Origin: Eledone cirrhosa
Taxonomy: Eukaryota
Assembly: GCA_964016885.1 (NCBI GenBank)
Contig: OZ024742.1
Coordinates: forward strand, 247,628,001-247,692,000
Direction of reading: 5' to 3'
Length of the DNA stretch: 64,000 bases
The translations under genes and the position numbers were made by a program. Position 1 is the first letter of the stretch. Every line of letters starts with the position of its first letter. This document shows, piece by piece, positions 55,652 through 64,000 of this stretch. The notes under the pieces are model-generated. The model did no database searches. It had not been told where the DNA came from and saw nothing but the letters and a program-made list of their open reading frames with translations.

Positions 55652-57413
55652 TCATTGGTATTGGCTAACGTTATTGTCGAATATAAAAGAGATCTATTTT
55701 AGTTATGATCAGATTTCTCTTACAAATATAAAGTTTCTTGTAAGCTTCCTTTCGCCTCCACTCATTATTTGATATATTCCTCTATATATAGCCTACGTGT
55801 GAATGATCTAAACGGGTATAGAATCCGATTTTCGAGTATATATTTATATAGGTACTTTTAATTTTGCATTACTTGTAGTTCATAACGAAAAAGCGTCCTA
55901 TTCCCTACTACTTTGAAGGATTTATTCGTCTTTACTTCTGCTTTCATTTATGTATTAATATATTTATATACACTTGTAACTCATATAAATGTATTGTTTG
56001 AGTGTTTATTTGTATGTTTATGAGGTTGTAAACATACCTTTGTCTTCCGCGTGTATACAGGTGCATTTGAGATTTTGGTGTATTTAGATGCCTCTAAATG
56101 CACTAAATAGATGTGTGGCTGTATTCAAATAACATTTTGGAGCATGCATTAAATGGCTTTTTTTTATTTTTAGTGGTGGGGTAAAGCAAAGTGTACATAG
56201 ATGCCTTTAATATTCACATATACATGTATCTTTTCAGTGAGTTTTATCAAGGCCTTAATATGACAATATCGCACCGCTATCTTAACGGGAACTCTTTGTT
56301 AAACTTATAATAAGGTTACGTTAATTGGACAGTAACTTCACTGTAACTATAGAGCAACACGAGATGAACGTAACGCGACATTTACAGATAAATGGGTGAT
56401 AACTTGGTGGGCTACTTTTCGAGATCTAAACGGTAACGTGAACTTAACATATCGTCAATTTGCGCTGATACTATAGTAACGCTACTGTAATGATACGGTA
56501 AGTTGATAGGCAAATTTATGGGTATTAGACGGTAATGCAACGTTAACTTTACGTTGAAGCTAATGTGTCAGTGAAATGGCTGTAAGGTGACAACGAACAG
56601 TGTAAACATCGGCCAATACTTGGTGCCTAATATCATCAAGTAGTTGTGATGATTGTGTTTGTTCGGTTTCGATAAAGTTAAGAGAGATAAAACTATAATG
56701 AAATAAAACGGAAGACCTTTTCACAGGAGAAACTGCTGCAAGGTGTAAACTGTAGCAGGTTGACTGACGAAGTAATATATGAGTTATTATTGACTGAGGT
56801 GTTTTTAACCAGGCACATTCCTTAATCCAATATGGTGGTTGTTTGACGTTATTTACTGACATCGCACGGCTTCAGTTTCCCTTTCACTTTCACGCTTGCT
56901 TCATTGAAAATGAATTAACATTTTCACAGCTGACTTACTTAATATGATTCTTACTATAGCTCTCTATCTCTCTCTGTCTATTTCTCTCTTTCTCTCTCTA
57001 TCTCTAATAATACGTAACATTACACTAGTATTCAATATACTATAATACTAACACTACATAATCTCATATCTCTTCTCTCCCGCACACATACCTCATTACA
57101 CATATGGATAGAGAGAAATTAGTGGATAGAATCGTAAGAGCTGTGGAAAAAAAGCCGAACAGTATGTGTGACGGCCCTTTATGTTCTTAGTTCAAATCAC
57201 ACTGAAGTCTGTCTCACACTTTCATTCATTATTGGTCGTTTTAAAGAAAATACCAGTCTAATACTGGAATATATATCATCCAGTACATATATCATCACCC
57301 CCCCCCCCCTCCCACCAAAAGAAGAAATTGACAGACATGTGTAGAATTTTGTTACTATTGACGATTATTACGGATTAGCGAAGTCCAACGTCTTTTGTAT
57401 CTCTCTCTCTTTG

Positions 57414-57500
<87 letters not shown>

Positions 57501-57899
57501 CATTAAAGTGGTTTTTATATGTATAGGGTGGTATATGAGTCCCTGCGTGTGTAAGTTCAGTGTTTGCTTATGTCCTGTTAATTAGGGATTGATGGAAGGA
57601 AGATCGAGAAAAAAGATCGAGATTTGAGCATATAAGTACTGGTTTCGATACGCCCCATCAAAACGGCTAAACGGCAAGGCCCCCAGCATGACCAAAACCA
57701 ATATGTAGAGGAGAATATTAGAGCGAAAAAAGGTAACAGCGAATATCGTATAGGTTCATACACACACACACATGAATGTGTTATGATGGATCGCTGTAAA
57801 CAGATGATAACTATGTGTACAGTAAAAAATTGGTTTAAGATATAACCCCATATTGAGGGGGGGTATAGAGAGGGATAGAAAGAGAGTCTAAAACTTGAG

Positions 57900-58028
<129 letters not shown>

Positions 58029-60065
58029 GGAGCAGAGAAAAGTGGGAATGAGATCGATGGAGCGGAACCTTTAGAGAAATGCGAAGAATAATGGAGAAAG
58101 GATGAAGAATGTAAACTAACAAGAATAAATCAACTTAAGTGTCATATGAACTCATCAGCTTCCTTCTAACCAAGTAGTTTCCTGTGATAAATAAAGGAAG
58201 GACCATGTATATAAGGCTAGCCGGCACAACAGAACCTACATTTCTGTTGGTATGATGCTGGAATAGGGGAACAAGAGAGCAGTAGGGAACGTGTATACCG
58301 AGCTGTGGTCGACGGGAAAAGAGGCTGTCTGTTATTCTTCCGGGAATATCAGCAACAGTAGGTAACAAGAGACCGAAGGTTTCAGCAGCAGCAGCAGTAG
58401 TAACAACATGAGAGAGGCGCGATAGAGGGAGAGACAAAATAGCCTGACAGGAATGGATAGAAAGAGAAGCAAAAACAGGCTTTAAGACAGCGAAAGTTTT
58501 AGCAACATCGGTAGTAACAGGGGAAGGAGCGATAGTTGGAGGGAAAAATAGATAGGAGGGGGAGAGAAAGAAAGACAAAATAGGTAGATAGATAAATATA
58601 TCAAGAGTTACCTGTCCCTGGCATCGTATCCGTTTAATTTGGAAAGACAGCATGGCTCAAATTATGTATGTAAACATTAATTGAAAACATTACAAGTGAT
58701 GAGTGTATATGATGTTTCATAAATTGTCGGATCCTCAGCGTGATGGATAAACAGCTGATTACTATATGTATTGTAAAAAGTCGGGTTAAGATGTAGCCAC
58801 ATATTGAGCGGAGGAACGGAGATAGAGAAAGAAGAGGAGAAAGTGAGTCTAAAGCATGAGATGAGAAATGTATATATATATATATACATCTAGTAATGAA
58901 TCAGATGTAGGAAGGCAGAGAAGCAGAGAACACCCCAGGATACACCGATCCTAACGCTTTACTATGGAACAACTTTCGACTAGATTAATGAGAGAACCAA
59001 AAGCAACTACTACCTCTTATTCTCCATACAACACCCTGGAAGGTGGATCTGTTGCCGGGTTCCACCCCACCTCGTATAGCCACGGACAGCCTGCAAGGTT
59101 CACACAGCTGCAACTGCACGGGCCAAAATACCTGAAGCACTGTGAATATAACTGACTCTCTATAAATCGCCCCCACTCAGACATTTATCACATATTTTTC
59201 CTTCTATTTTATCTTTCTATGTTTCCTCTATAGGTCTTTTTATCTTATATTCATATTACCCCCCCCCCCCCCTTTTATTTTAATCTATTTATAATCCCCC
59301 TTTTCCCCGTTCTTCCTTACTTGTACATTTTTCCTTAAATCATCAATGTATCTTTTGTCTCCACTGTAGGATTGTTTAATTTTTACATTCGTTAAACTAG
59401 ATCCTTTAAATTTTACATGTTATCCACGACAAGTGGCCATATCGTTTCTTATCCTTAGCAAATTGACTGTTGTCTTGTTGTCTGGACTCCTAACATTTAA
59501 CACTGAACGTCTGAAATTTAGAATTTTTTACGGGTTGTGAAACTGAATATTTTCTATGATAAGTTATATTAACAATAGCAGGTGGGAACTTTCTCGCTTA
59601 GGGGTAATTATCCCGCCATAAAAGAATGGCGGGTACAGATGTACCGAAATCCTACTGGTTGCCAAAAGTAGCAGTTAAATTTTGGCTGGCTTGAACTCCC
59701 ACTGACCATATCGAGAGAGAACATACAAGGCTGGTAGTATTCTGGGTGTAGGTGAATGGGTCAGTCACCCACACACCCCTGCGACATGCGCAGAGCTGTC
59801 TGGATGACCTAAAACCAGACGGGGGCGGACAACCAAAGCAAAAACACATTTTTTTAGTCCGCTCCCTTCCAAATAAAATTGCCTCAGAAATGTTACCTTT
59901 TAATCAATGTTCGCTGTCTGAAGAAATCACAATATTTATCGTCATTGAAATATCTATAACGGCTCAAATAATAAAGAACTCTAACATCTTTATTAATAGA
60001 CTCCGTCACCCCTGTCAATAGGAATATGGCGTTGAGTGCTAGAAGTGAATTGCATCCTTGTATAC

Positions 60066-60125
<60 letters not shown>

Positions 60126-60659
60126 GGGGGAGTGTCGGTAATGTATAGAAGTGTATATGATATATTTGCGACTGCGTCAATAGGTCTGTGTGATCCTACA
60201 AACTGACATACGGCTAAAATTTTACCCCCCCCCCCCAAACACTTAAGAGAAAGTGTGACACTTTTACTTTGTACTACATCATATACTACATCAAGTCCTC
60301 TCTTTCTCTCTCTCTACGTATATATGTATATATATAACAGGTATTGTATATATACCTACATACACACGCACACATACACACATATATATATATACACAGA
60401 TATGTGTGTGTTTGAGCATATGGGTGACTTACTTTGTTGTGCATATAATTCACAAACTTATATATTAATGAATTTTTCTGCCTAAGAGCAAATTAATTTA
60501 CTTGTCTTTAATTGATTAAATAGCGTTCAATTCCTCTCGGGAAGAAGGAACTCATAATACTACGTATTTGCCTGATTGTTCATACACAACATACCAGTTC
60601 ACAAAGTAATTATGATAATAATAATAATAGAAATATTAATAATAATAATAATAATGATT

Positions 60660-61640
60660 TTTTTATTGGCCACACAGGGCTCATATTAAAGAAACATTGA
60701 GGGCGGTACAGGATGATACAGTGTGCGTTTTTCTGTGAGTAAAATAAAATTTATAAAACAGGCTAAGAAAATAAGCATTTACAAAAAATACATAAATTCC
60801 CCAAAGGTGAGCAGATTCGAAGGGTCACTCGCGAAGAAATCCTTCAAAAGCCACGGTCATACTGTCCACTAGGGCGAATTGCCCCCTCCCAGTCTTTCTA
60901 TTCCAATCTACAGCCGTATACTCAAGTCAAGGAAGACCATTCATACGGACCATGCTCGCCACTCTCACCCACATTTCTAGGGCACATCCCTCTCCACTCT
61001 CATTTTCCTCTTCAAGTGTAACCTGAAAAGTTTAATCAGGGCTTTACCGAAGAGGAAAATTGGCTCACTTCAACACTTTCAAATGCAGCCACCACACGAC
61101 TAATTTCGACATAGCCACAAGGCAGACAAAAACTGCCTGTCTAAATGAGGACGGTGGGGCGATCTTCCCAATGGACTCAGTTGATAATCCGATCCGTCCT
61201 ACACGCAGGTGCTCGACATAAACCCAAAGGTCAGCAATACTCGGACACTCGACGAGTGCGTGCTGGACGGTTTTGTCACCTTGCGAGCACTTCGGACAGG
61301 CCCGACTGATGGCGCTTCCATGTCTGTAGACTTTATCTTGAGCTCAGTAGCACTGCCAGGCCAGGGATTTCTAGAAATTATCCATGGGCCCTGGACCTAA
61401 AGTCCCCTTGAAAAAAGTGGCTAGTTGATTTCCGTCAACGCCCAGAGTCTCTCTAAGGACGTCATCGCTCTTATCCTCCTCAAACGCTGAATAGAACGCT
61501 AGGGTGGAGTTTCCACTGATCGTACTGCCTGATTGGCTGGGGGTTGTAAGCGCTTTACGTTGGAGCTTCTATTCTCTGACTGACAGACCTGGGAATTCAG
61601 CACTGTTGCCAGTTGCAGGAGACAGTGGCGAGGAAATCGA
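60660..61640 (-). mobile_element. Decayed Tx1/L1-like LINE 3' region
   Basis: 3' end ttattggccac.caggg shared with ~17934 and abutting (TAA)n; GC-richer body partly similar to 18180-18360. Confidence 0.5.
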
Positions 61641-62429
61641 AGAATAAGACTTGTTTATCTACTTTAAAATAGTAGGGTAGTGCATCCAAACTGGGTGATC
61701 TACACACGGTACAACCTTTAAAGATAGCCTGTATTTCAGCTCCTTTTCGCGAAATTCCTCCTCTCCGTTAAGAATCACGTTAGGCCGGTGACGTAAGCAT
61801 TATAGCCTGGTCACCCCACCGTATCCCTTGCCTCGTGTTCCCCAAACACTATTGTAACTTGCTACGTGGAAGCTACACATATCTGCATGGTATCCTGAAG
61901 TAAATTCTCAATTTAGTATGCCAAAGTTAGAATTCTAAATTTGTAGTTATGCTGCGCCTGTGCCACTCGGCGTATCGAACGCTCTGGTAATGCAGCCTTT
62001 GTATTTCGTATTGAAGAAATAGACCAGTGCCAGTCTCGCACCTTGGGCGTTGGTTGCAATGCAATACTAAATTCCCTCTTCTAATTTAGCGCTAAATTCC
62101 CCTCGATTCAATTATTTCAATTATTGTTACTTTTTACTAAAAGCCATTGATTCTGATTTAATGGCTCTCATTAGAGCGCACGCCCTCCTTTGTTGATGAT
62201 GACCGAAGTCCACAAGTCTTATTTCTGTGAACTTGATGCCAATGGCACGACGCGCTATACACTCAGTAAGCCTGTTCCTCTCTATATGATCATATTGAAG
62301 GGATGAATAAGCTCCCTGTTCTAATTATAGGCATCCTACATTATCCCTACCTGTTCCTCTAATAAAAAGACTCAGCATCTCAGCCCATGAGCACACAAGT
62401 ATATATACTACTACTAATAATAGTGATAA

Positions 62430-62592
62430 TAATAATTGTTTCTACTTTTTGGCACAAGGCTAGCAATTATCCATGTGCATTACTGGTACTTTATTTTATC
62501 GACTCCGTAAGGATGAAAGGCAAAGCTAACCTCGGCGGGATTTGAACTCAGAACGTAAAGGGCCATAACTCCATCGATGCTGCCAATCCAGC
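62430..62592 (-). mobile_element. SINE S1
   Basis: S1 homology. Confidence 0.85.
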
Positions 62593-62981
62593 ACCTGCTA
62601 GATTAGACGGGATTTCATATATAGGATAAGATGAGGGCAAGTTCGGTCTATTTTTGACAGCAAGTACGCCTTGACCTGAACAGTACCGAGCGTGTTCATC
62701 TTTCTACTCATTTCTCCATTCCTCCCTCCATACTTTGCTAAAATAAATCAATGAAATATAGAGGTTGTGGGTTTTTTCAACTCTTTTCATTACTTTAATC
62801 ACCATTGGTCACTAAATATTGCAGAATCAATCATGATCGAAGAGATTAATCTATCAAATGCAACGTATAGCACGGAACGTTAAAAAACCATATTCACAGT
62901 TTTGACGTTGCTAGGCTATATTAAAAACTATATTAAAAAAAGAAGTGATGGATAGTTTTATCATAGAAATAAGAGCATAAA

Positions 62982-63152
62982 AGGTGCACACATGGCTGTA
63001 TGGTTAAGGATTTTGTTTCCCAATCGCGTGGTTTCGGATTCGGTTCTGCTGTGTAGTAACTCCAGAGAATTCCCCTTACTATAGCTTTGGATTGAACTAT
63101 TCGTTGTCAGTGAAATGTTGAACACAAAAACTACGAAAAAGCCGTTCGTATA
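62982..63152 (+). mobile_element. Degenerate tRNA-headed SINE (family S3); related minus-strand remnant at ~46205-46310
   Basis: tggctgtatggttaag...ttcccaa.c.cgtggtttcgg.ttcg head and ...actatagc...gccgttcgtata tail; resembles, from memory, an abundant Octopus SINE. Confidence 0.5.
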
Positions 63153-64000
63153 AACACGGAAGCACACATACACACAGACACACACGCTCGAAACATTAAA
63201 ACACTGTTCCTACTATATCAAGCATTAAATTAATTGTTTTACCCTGTTGAATTATCGCATATATATAGAGACAACATTTTATGTAAGTGAAATCAAGGAT
63301 TGGTTGGAAGATTGGTCAAGGATGTTGTGGTGCTAGATTTAGTAAGAGTGTAGTGTTCAAGTAATAGGCATGTCGAATGATCAGTGGTAGCATGTGTTAA
63401 ATTAAGCAATAATTTTAGGAGATAAAGTAATGTTGTTTTAGAAATGACTAGTGAAATATCTGAATTCACTAATATATATAATGTGTAAATGGTTTTATTG
63501 ACTAATGGACATTAAATATACAGTAGCTGATGGAGATGCAGTACAATAGTGATGATGTTAGAAGTAGAATAGCAATTACGTCATTATATAAAAGTGATAA
63601 GTATATGATGCCTACTTCAGAGTTATGATTTATATAATAAATAAGAATAAAGTGTTCAAGTTGGCGCCTCATTATAATAATGAAACCAGTAAGAAGTTCA
63701 GAACAGCTCTATCACTGCAAAAAAAGGTGCCACGTAGGTTATCAAAAATACAGTTTGTAAGTATGCAATAAGATGCAATAAGATATCCGTGGGAAAATTT
63801 ATGATTAGTTGCCACTTATAGGTGCTAAGTAATTTGGTATTATATTAAGGTAGAATGTGTTTAGGCAAATTACAGATTTGAAGCCAGAATCTTTTAATAA
63901 TTTCCATATGGACAAGAAGAAATGCAGTCAGTGTGATCGGTAAAGGTGGTGATTTAGCATAGATAATCAAAAGTTTCTCCGTTGTGCAGTTTTGGCAGGC

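Noticed and set aside
58135-58653. 172-aa minus-strand ORF
   Set aside because: No recognisable domain; purine-skewed low-complexity sequence, possibly a decayed LINE ORF1 on the other strand.

Overview
AT-rich, repeat-saturated animal non-coding DNA, probably intergenic or intronic. The SINE families and very large (TA)n/(CA)n tracts suggest a coleoid cephalopod (Octopus-like); this is an inference. I see no credible host protein-coding gene, rRNA, intact tRNA or CRISPR array, and almost all listed ORFs are microsatellite artefacts. The window holds decayed non-LTR retrotransposon fragments (RTE, Tx1/L1, CR1, R4/Dong, CRE, Penelope-like), tRNA-derived SINEs and two probable non-autonomous Helitrons. 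The main hidden signal is RNA-structural. I read 13 type-I hammerhead ribozyme (HHR) motifs with a complete CUGANGA...GAAA...NUH core, plus several core variants, from about 8 sequence families, mostly in short, often palindromic, Penelope-type inserts in (TA)n tracts. One family forms a head-to-tail array of 310/309-nt units with one HHR per unit (13.87-15.26 kb), the architecture of a non-LTR retrozyme that could produce circular RNA. Other notable items are a family with an apparently fixed CAGAAGA core, an HHR-like motif with a large stem II insertion, and repeated short copies of neighbouring DNA pasted into TA tracts. All folds were paired by eye; none was computed or tested.
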